The notes under the pieces were generated by a model that saw only the letters and a program-made list of their open reading frames with translations, was not told where the DNA came from and did no database searches. A DNA stretch of 64,000 nucleotides, from contig CAJIZJ010000022.1 of NCBI GenBank assembly GCA_905181825.1, positions 10,794 through 74,793 on the forward strand, given 5' to 3'. This document shows positions 39,002 through 47,784 of this stretch, piece after piece (positions within the stretch are counted from its first letter, which is position 1; every line of letters starts with the position of its first letter). This DNA comes from an uncultured Flavobacteriaceae bacterium. GTDB lineage: Bacteria; Bacteroidota; Bacteroidia; Flavobacteriales; Flavobacteriaceae. Made by a program: the position numbers and the translations under genes.

Positions 39002-39649
39002 ATGACAAAAGCAGAGAAAGTAAAATTTGTTATAAAAACCTTAAAAGATTTTTATCCAGAAATCCCTATACCACTAGACCACAAAGACCCTTATACCCTA
39101 TTAATCGCAGTCTTGTTATCTGCACAATGCACAGATGTTCGTGTAAACAAAATAACACCTCAATTATTTGCAAAGGCAGATAACCCCTATGACATGGTTA
39201 AAATGACCGTTGAAGAAATAAAGCAGATCATAAGACCTTGCGGCTTATCTCCGATGAAAAGTAAAGGGATTTATGGGTTATCAAAAATTATAATTGAGTC
39301 TCATAACGGAGAAGTCCCTAAAAGCTTCAGCGCATTAGAGGCCTTACCAGCCGTTGGACATAAAACCGCTAGTGTGGTGATGGCACAAGCATTTGGCGTC
39401 CCTGCATTTCCTGTGGATACACATATTCATCGTTTAATGTATCGCTGGAATCTTACTAATGGTAAAAATGTAAAACAAACTGAAAAAGACGCTAAACGGT
39501 TATTCCCTGAAGAACTATGGAATGACCTTCACCTTCAAATAATTTGGTACGGCCGTGAATATTCACCCGCTCGCGGATGGAATTTAGACGCGGATATAAT
39601 CACCAAAACCATTGGAAGAAAGACAATAATTGATGGGTATTACAAATAA
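39002..39649 (+). CDS. nth: Endonuclease III (HhH-GPD glycosylase) without a 4Fe-4S motif
   Basis: Start MTKAEKV at 39002; LLIAVLLSAQCTD.RVN; HhH LPAVGHKTA; PVDTHIHR. Confidence 0.9.
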   Translation: MTKAEKVKFVIKTLKDFYPEIPIPLDHKDPYTLLIAVLLSAQCTDVRVNKITPQLFAKADNPYDMVKMTVEEIKQIIRPCGLSPMKSKGIYGLSKIIIESHNGEVPKSFSALEALPAVGHKTASVVMAQAFGVPAFPVDTHIHRLMYRWNLTNGKNVKQTEKDAKRLFPEELWNDLHLQIIWYGREYSPARGWNLDADIITKTIGRKTIIDGYYK

Positions 39650-39650
39650 A

Positions 39651-39674
39651 AAATCTTGATTTTCATCAGGATTT
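39651..39674. terminator. Hairpin terminator between nth and the convergent small gene
   Basis: AAATCTTGAT-tttc-ATCAGGATTT. Confidence 0.6.
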
Positions 39675-39686
39675 AAGGTTCACATA

Positions 39687-39830
39687 CTAATTTAGAATAG
39701 TTTCAAATTTCAAACCATTGTAAGCAGACACTTTAAAAGCCTTTGAAAAATTTAAAATAAAACTTATAGTTTCTGTCTTGGGTTTAAAATCGTTTGAATG
39801 TGTGGGTTTTTTAGAGTAAATTTTTGCCAT
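39687..39830 (-). CDS. Small protein (47 aa) downstream of the ECF sigma factor
   Basis: MAKIYSKK...PKTETISFILNFSKA...FETILN; co-oriented 64 nt after the sigma gene and followed by a terminator. Confidence 0.7.
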   Translation of the reverse strand: MAKIYSKKPTHSNDFKPKTETISFILNFSKAFKVSAYNGLKFETILN

Positions 39831-39894
39831 TAGCCTGTCATATTTAGTTAGTAATAAGTATAACGACAAAAAAATTAAATTATTTTATCAAAAC

Positions 39895-40479
39895 TTAATT
39901 TGTTAAAATAATATTATTTGATTCGATTAATTTTCGAAGATTAATCAATGCATAGCGCATTCGTCCTAAAGCCGTATTTATAGAAACAGAAGTATTTTCT
40001 GATATTTCCCTAAAGCTCATGTCGTTATACATTCGCATTTTAAGTACCGTTCGTTGATCCTCCGGAAGCTCTTCTACTAAGTTTCTGATGTCATCATGAA
40101 TTTGAGAACGAACTAATTCCGCCTCAGCATTTAAACTGTCATCGCTTAACACTGAAAATATATCAAAATCTCCATTATTATTAAATTTAGGCATGCGGTT
40201 ATTTTTTCTGAAATAATCGATCACCAAGTTATGTGCTATACGCATGACCCAAGGCAAAAACTTACCCTCTTCATTATACTTGCCAAGTTTTAAAGTTTTA
40301 ATTACTTTGATAAAGGTGTCTTGAAATACATCTTCAGTAACATCTCTATCATAAACTTTTGAAAAAATAAAACTATAAAGGCGTTGTTGATGTCTGTTTA
40401 TAAGAACTGTGAGAGCAGATTCATCTCCATTTATATAATTGCTAACGAGTATAGCATCGCTTAAAGATTTTGAATTCAT
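39895..40479 (-). CDS. ECF RNA polymerase sigma factor (RpoE/SigW-like)
   Basis: EDVFQDTFIK, KFLPWVMRIAHNLVIDYFRK, MSFREISE..SVSINTALGRMRYA; -7 element TATATTTG at 40582-40575. Confidence 0.93.
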   Translation of the reverse strand: MNSKSLSDAILVSNYINGDESALTVLINRHQQRLYSFIFSKVYDRDVTEDVFQDTFIKVIKTLKLGKYNEEGKFLPWVMRIAHNLVIDYFRKNNRMPKFNNNGDFDIFSVLSDDSLNAEAELVRSQIHDDIRNLVEELPEDQRTVLKMRMYNDMSFREISENTSVSINTALGRMRYALINLRKLIESNNIILTN

Positions 40480-40700
40480 AACATAACTTTTTTGAAGTAC
40501 ACATGGATGCGTACTGGGTTCTTAAAAGAATAAAAAGTAATGTTATACTATAAGCCTAAATTTAATATTATTATCAAATATAACAACATTCTCGCTTTGT
40601 ATGCAACTTTATTGGTTTTTTTTTAACATGAAGTAGACCCCAAAGGCTTTAATAATTTTTATAATAATGGTATCTTTGTGTTCAAATTTTAAATTAATTA

Positions 40701-43490
40701 ATGTCAATAGATCTTTCAAAGCTAAGTCCAAAAGAACACATTCTAATTAAAGGAGCAAAACTTCATAATCTTAAGAATATTGATGTTGCCATCCCTCGTC
40801 ATAAATTAGTAGTAATTACCGGACTTTCTGGCTCTGGAAAATCTAGCTTGGCTTTTGACACCTTATATGCTGAAGGCCAACGACGTTATGTGGAAAGCTT
40901 GTCAAGTTATGCTAGACAGTTTCTGGGACGGTTACATAAACCAAATGTAGACTACATTAAAGGAATTGCACCTGCAATAGCAATTGAACAAAAAGTAAAT
41001 TCAACCAACCCAAGGTCAACAGTTGGAACAACGACAGAAATTTATGATTACTTGAAATTGGTCTTTGCCCGTATTGGAAAAACCATTTCTCCAAGCTCGA
41101 ACAACATCGTAAAAAAAGACACGACTAGCGATGTTATAAAATATATTAAAACACTTAATGTTGGAGATAAACTACTACTTCTAGCTCCAATCCACTTAGA
41201 AGAAGGGCGAACACTAGAAAACAAACTACAAGCACTTGTCCATCAAGGATTTGCAAGAATTAAAGTGGACAACAACGTTGAACGCATTGAACAGATCGAA
41301 GATTTTAAAAAAAGCTCTGAAACAATTAGTTTAGTAGTAGACAGAATTATTGTAAAAGAGGATACAGACTTTTACAACCGTTTAGCAGATGCTATTGAAA
41401 TGGCTTTCTTTGAAGGAAAAGGACGTTGTATAATTGAACAAATAAAAGATTCAAAAACTCGTGAATTTAGCAATTCATTTGAATTAGATGGCCAAAAGTT
41501 TTTAGAGCCAAACCCACACCTATTTAGTTTCAATAATCCATATGGTGCCTGTCCAAAATGTGAAGGATATGGGGACGTAATTGGTATTGATGAGAGTTTA
41601 GTAATTCCTAACACCTCACTTTCAGTTTATGAAAATGCGCTTTTTCCATGGCGAGGAGAAACTATGAAGTACTACAGAGACCTTCTTGTAAATAACAGTT
41701 ATAAGTTTGACTTTCCAATCCATAAACCCTATTTTGAGTTAGAACCAAAAGATCAAAAATTAATTTGGACTGGAAACAGTCATTTCACAGGGCTTAATTC
41801 CTTTTTTGAAGAACTAGAATCTAAGGCATATAAGGTTCAAAATCGAGTAATGTTGTCACGTTATCGTGGAAAAACTAAATGCAGTGAATGCCAAGGAAAA
41901 AGGTTAAGAAAAGAAGCTAATTACGTAAAAGTTGGGGGCGCATCTATATCTGATCTAGTAGAGATGTCACTGAAGGATTTGAAACACTTTTTTGAAAGTC
42001 TTAAATTAGACTCTAAAGACAAAGAAATTGCAAAACGTCTATTAAAAGAAATTCATAATCGCTTAGATTTCTTAACAAATGTAGGACTCGATTATTTAAC
42101 TCTAAACAGGAAATCAAATACACTTTCAGGAGGAGAAAGCCAACGAATAAATCTCGCTACCTCTCTTGGGAGCAGTCTTGTGGGATCAATGTATATCTTA
42201 GACGAGCCAAGTATTGGTCTTCACTCTAAAGACACTGAACGTCTTATTAATGTACTCAATGCCTTGCGAGATTTAGGAAACACTGTTATTGTAGTTGAAC
42301 ACGACGAAGCGATTATGGAATCTGCTGACTACATAATTGATATTGGACCAGAAGCGGGAACGTTTGGTGGCGAAGTTTTGGCTAGTGGAAGCTATAAATC
42401 TCTTCTAAAAAGTAATACTTTAACAGCTCAATACCTCAACGGAGCTCTAAAAATAGAGGTCCCTAAAAAAAGAAGGAACACTAAATACCACATAACAGTA
42501 AAAGGAGCTAGAGAACATAATTTAAAAAATATTGATGTAAAATTCCCGTTAAACATGTTAACTGTTGTGACTGGGGTCTCAGGAAGTGGAAAAAGCACAT
42601 TAGTTAAAAAAATCTTATATCCAGCACTGCTCAAATTAATTGGAGGCTATGGAGAAAAAGCAGGCGATTTCACCTCAATTGATGGGAATTTTAGTACAGT
42701 TAAATTTATAGAGTTTGTAGATCAAAACCCTATAGGAAGGTCATCAAGATCCAACCCTGTAACCTACATAAAAGCCTATGATGATATTCGTGCTTTATTT
42801 GCTAAACAAAAACTAAGTACCTTAAGAAACTACCTACCTAAACATTTCTCTTTTAATGTTGATGGAGGGCGTTGCGATACTTGTAAAGGGGAAGGTGCTG
42901 TCACAATCGAAATGCAATTCATGGCAGATGTTCAGCTTAGATGCGATGCTTGTAATGGAAAACGATTCAAAAAACAAATATTAGAAATCAAGTTTCATAC
43001 TAAAACAATAGATGATATTTTAAACATGACCATTGATGATGCAGTTGCGTTTTTCGATACACATAAAGTTCCCAGAATAAAAACTAAACTTCAACCACTT
43101 CAAGACGTAGGACTTGGATATGTAACTTTAGGACAAAGTTCTTCTACTCTATCTGGAGGAGAAGCACAACGAATAAAATTAGCTTCTTTTTTAGGAAAAG
43201 GTTCAAAATCAGAAACAGGCTTGTTCATTTTTGATGAACCAACAACTGGACTTCATTTTCACGATATTAAAAAACTTTTAAAATCCTTTAATGCATTAAT
43301 TGAAAATGGACACTCTATATTGGTCGTAGAGCATAATCTAGAACTTATTAAATGTGCGGACCATGTCATAGATCTAGGTCCAGAGGGGGGAGCAAACGGA
43401 GGCTATCTTTTAGCGGAAGGAACCCCTGAAGTTGTATCAAAAGTTTCTAACTCATCAACCGGGAATTTTCTAAAAAACAAACTAGCTTAA
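40701..43490 (+). CDS. uvrA: Excinuclease ABC subunit A
   Basis: Two ABC modules (GLSGSGKSS, LSGGESQRI; GVSGSGKST, LSGGEAQRI); YAEGQRRYVESLS; Zn fingers CPKC/CSEC and CDTC/CDAC; -7 element TATCTTTG at 40671-40678. Confidence 0.96.
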   Translation: MSIDLSKLSPKEHILIKGAKLHNLKNIDVAIPRHKLVVITGLSGSGKSSLAFDTLYAEGQRRYVESLSSYARQFLGRLHKPNVDYIKGIAPAIAIEQKVNSTNPRSTVGTTTEIYDYLKLVFARIGKTISPSSNNIVKKDTTSDVIKYIKTLNVGDKLLLLAPIHLEEGRTLENKLQALVHQGFARIKVDNNVERIEQIEDFKKSSETISLVVDRIIVKEDTDFYNRLADAIEMAFFEGKGRCIIEQIKDSKTREFSNSFELDGQKFLEPNPHLFSFNNPYGACPKCEGYGDVIGIDESLVIPNTSLSVYENALFPWRGETMKYYRDLLVNNSYKFDFPIHKPYFELEPKDQKLIWTGNSHFTGLNSFFEELESKAYKVQNRVMLSRYRGKTKCSECQGKRLRKEANYVKVGGASISDLVEMSLKDLKHFFESLKLDSKDKEIAKRLLKEIHNRLDFLTNVGLDYLTLNRKSNTLSGGESQRINLATSLGSSLVGSMYILDEPSIGLHSKDTERLINVLNALRDLGNTVIVVEHDEAIMESADYIIDIGPEAGTFGGEVLASGSYKSLLKSNTLTAQYLNGALKIEVPKKRRNTKYHITVKGAREHNLKNIDVKFPLNMLTVVTGVSGSGKSTLVKKILYPALLKLIGGYGEKAGDFTSIDGNFSTVKFIEFVDQNPIGRSSRSNPVTYIKAYDDIRALFAKQKLSTLRNYLPKHFSFNVDGGRCDTCKGEGAVTIEMQFMADVQLRCDACNGKRFKKQILEIKFHTKTIDDILNMTIDDAVAFFDTHKVPRIKTKLQPLQDVGLGYVTLGQSSSTLSGGEAQRIKLASFLGKGSKSETGLFIFDEPTTGLHFHDIKKLLKSFNALIENGHSILVVEHNLELIKCADHVIDLGPEGGANGGYLLAEGTPEVVSKVSNSSTGNFLKNKLA

Positions 43491-43530
43491 GTTCACGATA
43501 ACTAATATTAACTTATTATAAAAAGATGTT

Positions 43531-43545
43531 TGGCACACTGTTTGA
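43531..43545 (+). promoter_or_regulatory. Candidate sigma54 (-24/-12) promoter
   Basis: TGGCAC-actgt-TTGA has the exact spacing of TGGCACN5TTGC, with A instead of C at -12; no + strand CDS downstream. Confidence 0.55.
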
Positions 43546-43588
43546 TATAAGTGAAGAAACCAGAATATTTTATAACGATAAAATTATT

Positions 43589-43615
43589 TTAGTTAGTTAG
43601 TTAGTTAGTTAGTTG
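43589..43615 (+). repeat. Tetranucleotide tandem repeat (TTAG)6 TTG
   Basis: Read directly: ttagttagttagttagttagttagttg. Confidence 0.95.
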
Positions 43616-43657
43616 AAAGCTCCGTAGTTGAATATCCCAAATCACTACGGAGTTTTT
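43615..43657. terminator. Long hairpin terminator, probably bidirectional
   Basis: AAAGCTCCGTAGT...ACTACGGAGTTTTT; lies between convergent uvrA and GT4. Confidence 0.8.
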
Positions 43658-43661
43658 CTGT

Positions 43662-44942
43662 TTAATCAATAAGCTTTTCGGATAGCTTAAAAGTTAAACG
43701 CCTACGACTGTAGTGTTCAAGGCCTATTGACTCTACTTTTAAACTATTACTCTTGTAAGCATCAAAATGACTAATTAGACAAATACGAAGTGATTCTGCG
43801 TCAGTGTACTTAAAATAGGCACCACTACAGGTCGAAACTAATATGTCTTGTATATCAGACTCTTTGGGGCCTAGAGCAATGATAGGGCGTTTAGAGGCCA
43901 TGTATTCAAATAGTTTGCCTGGGATTATATATTGTGTTTCTTTAGAGTCTTCTTCAATAAGCAGTAATAACTGAGTGTTTTTTTGATATAATAAAGCCTC
44001 ACTATGAGAAACATATCCCATCTGACGGGTATATCCATCCAGACCAAAAAACTTGATAGAGTCTAAAACACTTTCACTTACATGACCAATTAAATTTAAT
44101 TGAAAAGCTTCAGAAAACTCCGTTGATTGATTAACCATCTCAGAAAGAATTTTCCATAAAACATGGGGATTTCTCCCCTCAAGCAAGGATCCGATATGAG
44201 ATAAAGTGAACTTTGAATCTAGTTTACTGTTTTTAATAATTTCAAAGTCATAACCATTGGTTATAACAGAAATAGGAGTCGCTGAGAGTCTGGAGAATAT
44301 TGCTTTTGTTTGGGGACTTGTTACAATAATTTCGTCAGATTCGTTAAGAACAGATGATTCTAGCTGTTCATGCTTATGTTTAGATAGTGGGGTAAGTTTT
44401 AGTTTTTTATGATAGCCTATCTGAGTCCATGGATCTCTAAAGTCCGTAATCCATTTAAGTTGATGCATTCGCTTTAACTGTAATCCAATTAAATGCAGAC
44501 TATGCGGAGGTCCTGTGGTAATAATTGTATCAATCTTATGGGTTTTAATATAATCATACAAAAAAGAAACTGAAGGTTTTACCCAAGAAACTCTGGCATC
44601 CGGAATAAAAAAATTACCACGAATGAATAAGAGCATTTGTTCTAAAATGGTTTGTTTTTTCTCCCCATTAATTATACCCTTAGACAATTTACTAGTTTTT
44701 GACTTAGAGACTAATTGAGCCCACTTATAAGGCTCATTAATTGGTTTTTGTATCACTTCTAGCTTAGAACTCACCTCCGAAACCATGGATGTATCAATAA
44801 TTGGATAATTTGGGTTTTGGGGACAATAAACGATGGGTTCTATTCCAAATTCGGGTAAATACTTCACAAACTTTAACCACCTTTGAACACCAGGACCTCC
44901 TGCAGGGGGCCAATAATATGTGATTATTAGAACTTTTTTCAC
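43662..44942 (-). CDS. Family 4 (GT-B) glycosyltransferase, GTG start
   Basis: ITYYWPPAGGPGVQRW, TTGPPHS.H, DFRDPW, IPGKLFEYMA. Confidence 0.88.
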   Translation of the reverse strand: MKKVLIITYYWPPAGGPGVQRWLKFVKYLPEFGIEPIVYCPQNPNYPIIDTSMVSEVSSKLEVIQKPINEPYKWAQLVSKSKTSKLSKGIINGEKKQTILEQMLLFIRGNFFIPDARVSWVKPSVSFLYDYIKTHKIDTIITTGPPHSLHLIGLQLKRMHQLKWITDFRDPWTQIGYHKKLKLTPLSKHKHEQLESSVLNESDEIIVTSPQTKAIFSRLSATPISVITNGYDFEIIKNSKLDSKFTLSHIGSLLEGRNPHVLWKILSEMVNQSTEFSEAFQLNLIGHVSESVLDSIKFFGLDGYTRQMGYVSHSEALLYQKNTQLLLLIEEDSKETQYIIPGKLFEYMASKRPIIALGPKESDIQDILVSTCSGAYFKYTDAESLRICLISHFDAYKSNSLKVESIGLEHYSRRRLTFKLSEKLID

Positions 44943-47347
44943 GATTGTATTCTATGAGTTAAAACCACTTGACCAAGAATTAAGACCAATAGCATAATAG
45001 TACTTACTAAGGCAATATTAGACCCTGTTTTGATAACTAATGGATTAAACTTAAAAACAATTTGATGAGTACCCTTAGGGATTTCTAGCCCCCTTAATAC
45101 ATAGTTTACGTTATGGTAATCCACTTTTAAACCATCTATAGTTACTTCCCATCCGTTCTTATAATAGATTTCAGAAAAGACAGCGAATCCATCAGAAGCA
45201 TTTTTAGACTCATAAACCAGCTGGTTAAGTTTATAATCTACTAATTTTATGACAGCCGTTGAATCTGTATTATAATTTTTAGAAGAAAAATCAGACTTTT
45301 TGGATATAGCTGTGAATTTTGTATTTATCGAATCTAGAGCCATTATTTCTTCATCTGCTGTTTGAACAGCCTTAACAGAATTTACAAACCAAGCATTCCC
45401 ATTAGTTTCGTCATTTTTTAAATAACTTAAAACGTCCTCATTGTCTTTGTATATGACATATTTGGTGTTTAACATATTAAGTACTTCAAAATTATTTTTA
45501 TCAATATGAAATTCTTGCAACTCTTTGAATCGTCTTAGTTTGGCGGCATGGTACCCTCCTATCGCATTATGAAAATAAGATGTCTTCGTTGAATTATCGG
45601 AAAGATCTAAGACCCTATAAGTGGTTGTATCTTTTAATATTTGTTTATTAATTGTACTTAACTGATAAGGCTTATCTACTTTAATAGCAGTGACAAAATC
45701 ATCATTGTTTACATAACGAAGATCTACTCCAACTAAATCAAATACAAGAACCAATCCTAAAAGAATGACTGTAGTGTTTTTGGATATTTTTTGTTTTAAA
45801 TATGTAAAAATTAAAGCTGCAGCTATTAGTACCAACAGAAGTGTTCTTAAGGCATCCTCAGAAAAAATAGCACTCCTGTCGAGTCGTAAAGCTTCAACAA
45901 AAGAAGCACCATAGTACTTTAAGAACTGTCCATCGGTTGCACCAACAAAATCAAAGAATGTATTTTTAAAAACAAGAAAAATCACAGTAATTCCAGCCAC
46001 AATAATGGAGGCCTTTTTAAGGGCATCTATCTTCACTTTAAAAGTGACCTCTTCATTAAATATTTGGGCAAGCCCTAGGGTGGCTAGTAATGGAATACAT
46101 AATTCTAAGATAACCTGTATAGAGCTGACAGCTCTAAACTTATTATATAAAGGAACATAGTCTATAAATAAGTCTGTTAAAAACGATAGGTTTTTACCAT
46201 AGGATAAAAGTAATGACACCAAAACCCCTATTATTAACCACCATTTAAAACGGCCGTGATACAAAAACAAGGCCAGTACAAAAAGGAAGATGACAACTGC
46301 CCCTATGTAAGCTGGCGCTTCAACAATAGGTTGATCACCCCAATACATAGGGGCTTGTTTGGATTCTTGAAGTGCTTGTAAAGGAGTCGCTCCAAGAGCT
46401 ATGTATGCTTTATAGGTTTCTGAGTTTTTCCCTAGATATTCTCTATTACCCCCACCCATAAATCGAGGAATAAGGAGGTTGAAACTTTCTAATAGTCCGT
46501 AACTAAATTGAGTGATGTAAGCCTTATCTAATCCCGAACTTTGCTCTCTAAGACTGCCATCTAAATTAATTGTTAATTCACTTTTACTTCGTGTACTTTC
46601 TTTGGTGTAAGAACTAGTCGCTAACAAATTGGTTGCATTCATTCCGAGTGCTAAAAAAGCGGCTACAAAAAGAATACCTGATGCCTTGAAAAAGGCGGAT
46701 AGTTCATTTGATTTAATAGCTTGAACTAAGTAAGAAACTCCTAAGATTAAAATTAAAATAAATAGATAGTAGGTCATTTGCGGGTGATTGGTCACCAGTT
46801 CAAGACCTGACGCAATTGCCGTCAAGGAAAAGCCTATAAGATATCGCTTTTGAAAGGTCAAAATAATACCAGATAATACCAATGGCATATAAGCAATTGC
46901 ATGCGCTTTAGAGTTATGTCCTACCCCTAAAATAATAATTAGATAAGTAGAAAACCCAAAGGCTAGAGCTCCAAAAGCAGCCATCCGATACTCAATTTTT
47001 AGTACAAGTAGTAATATATAAAACCCTATAAGATACAAAAAAAGATAATCCGCAGGACGTGGTAAAAAACGAAGCGCTAAATCTAAATTTTTTATATAAT
47101 TATGGGGGTATTTTGCTCCTAACTGAAAAGTTGGCATACCTCCAAAGGCACTATTTGTCCAATAGGATTCAGAACCATAAGCTTCACGGAAATCAGTGTG
47201 TTGCTTAGCCATTCCTGTATACTGCACAATATCACTTTGATAAATTTTTTGTCCTTTTAGGACTGGACTGAAATATAATAAAGACACTATGACGAACCCA
47301 AAAATGACTAAAATATGTGTTCCGAATTTTTTCAAGTTAGTATTCAT
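44939..47347 (-). CDS. YfhO-family polytopic membrane protein (GT-C-like)
   Basis: Many TM helices; Q.DI.Q, WTNSAFGGMP, H.QMTYY, YNKFRA, IGGYHAAKL, FSEIYY..GW, NYVLRG..IPKG.H. Confidence 0.85.
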   Translation of the reverse strand: MNTNLKKFGTHILVIFGFVIVSLLYFSPVLKGQKIYQSDIVQYTGMAKQHTDFREAYGSESYWTNSAFGGMPTFQLGAKYPHNYIKNLDLALRFLPRPADYLFLYLIGFYILLLVLKIEYRMAAFGALAFGFSTYLIIILGVGHNSKAHAIAYMPLVLSGIILTFQKRYLIGFSLTAIASGLELVTNHPQMTYYLFILILILGVSYLVQAIKSNELSAFFKASGILFVAAFLALGMNATNLLATSSYTKESTRSKSELTINLDGSLREQSSGLDKAYITQFSYGLLESFNLLIPRFMGGGNREYLGKNSETYKAYIALGATPLQALQESKQAPMYWGDQPIVEAPAYIGAVVIFLFVLALFLYHGRFKWWLIIGVLVSLLLSYGKNLSFLTDLFIDYVPLYNKFRAVSSIQVILELCIPLLATLGLAQIFNEEVTFKVKIDALKKASIIVAGITVIFLVFKNTFFDFVGATDGQFLKYYGASFVEALRLDRSAIFSEDALRTLLLVLIAAALIFTYLKQKISKNTTVILLGLVLVFDLVGVDLRYVNNDDFVTAIKVDKPYQLSTINKQILKDTTTYRVLDLSDNSTKTSYFHNAIGGYHAAKLRRFKELQEFHIDKNNFEVLNMLNTKYVIYKDNEDVLSYLKNDETNGNAWFVNSVKAVQTADEEIMALDSINTKFTAISKKSDFSSKNYNTDSTAVIKLVDYKLNQLVYESKNASDGFAVFSEIYYKNGWEVTIDGLKVDYHNVNYVLRGLEIPKGTHQIVFKFNPLVIKTGSNIALVSTIMLLVLILGQVVLTHRIQS

Positions 47348-47359
47348 TAATTGATTTGT

Positions 47360-47626
47360 TTATTCAACTTCTTCGTAATCAACATATTCACCAACATCAT
47401 GTTTTGATGCTTTAGAATTAGGCATTTTATCAATACTTATTTCTCCTTCTTTTTGATTGGGTTGTTTGGGAGCAGATTGGCTTCTAAAATGAGCTTCCGC
47501 TTTTTTAGCAACCGTACGCACTATATAGGGCGCCAGTAAGCGCATTACGTACTTGAAGACAGTGTACACTAAAATAAAAATTAGAATCGTTCTAACGAAT
47601 CCAATGATAGACGCATTTTGTAACAT
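47360..47626 (-). CDS. DUF4834-like small membrane protein
   Basis: N-terminal TM helix and C-terminal GEYVDYEEVE. Confidence 0.8.
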   Translation of the reverse strand: MLQNASIIGFVRTILIFILVYTVFKYVMRLLAPYIVRTVAKKAEAHFRSQSAPKQPNQKEGEISIDKMPNSKASKHDVGEYVDYEEVE

Positions 47627-47784
47627 CGGTAGATTATTTTTTCAAAAATACAATTCTTATTTTTATTAGTTAAATAAATATAAAATGTTTTATGGTACAC
47701 AAAAAGAGAAATACCGATTAATAATGTATTATTTGGTAATAATAAATACAAAAAAAATATGTAGGTTTGGTAAAAGCAATCGAA

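Larger units (their letters stand above)
43557..43657 (+). ncRNA. Candidate ~100-nt small RNA with a (UUAG)6 tract and terminator hairpin
   Basis: Bounded by the sigma54-like motif and an intrinsic terminator; no plausible CDS; inferred from architecture only. Confidence 0.45.

Noticed and set aside
43589-43615. TTAG tract as a CRISPR array, telomere-like repeat or phase-variation switch
   Set aside because: There are no spacers or cas genes, and the tract is neither in a CDS nor between promoter elements of a coding gene. It is kept only as part of the sRNA hypothesis.
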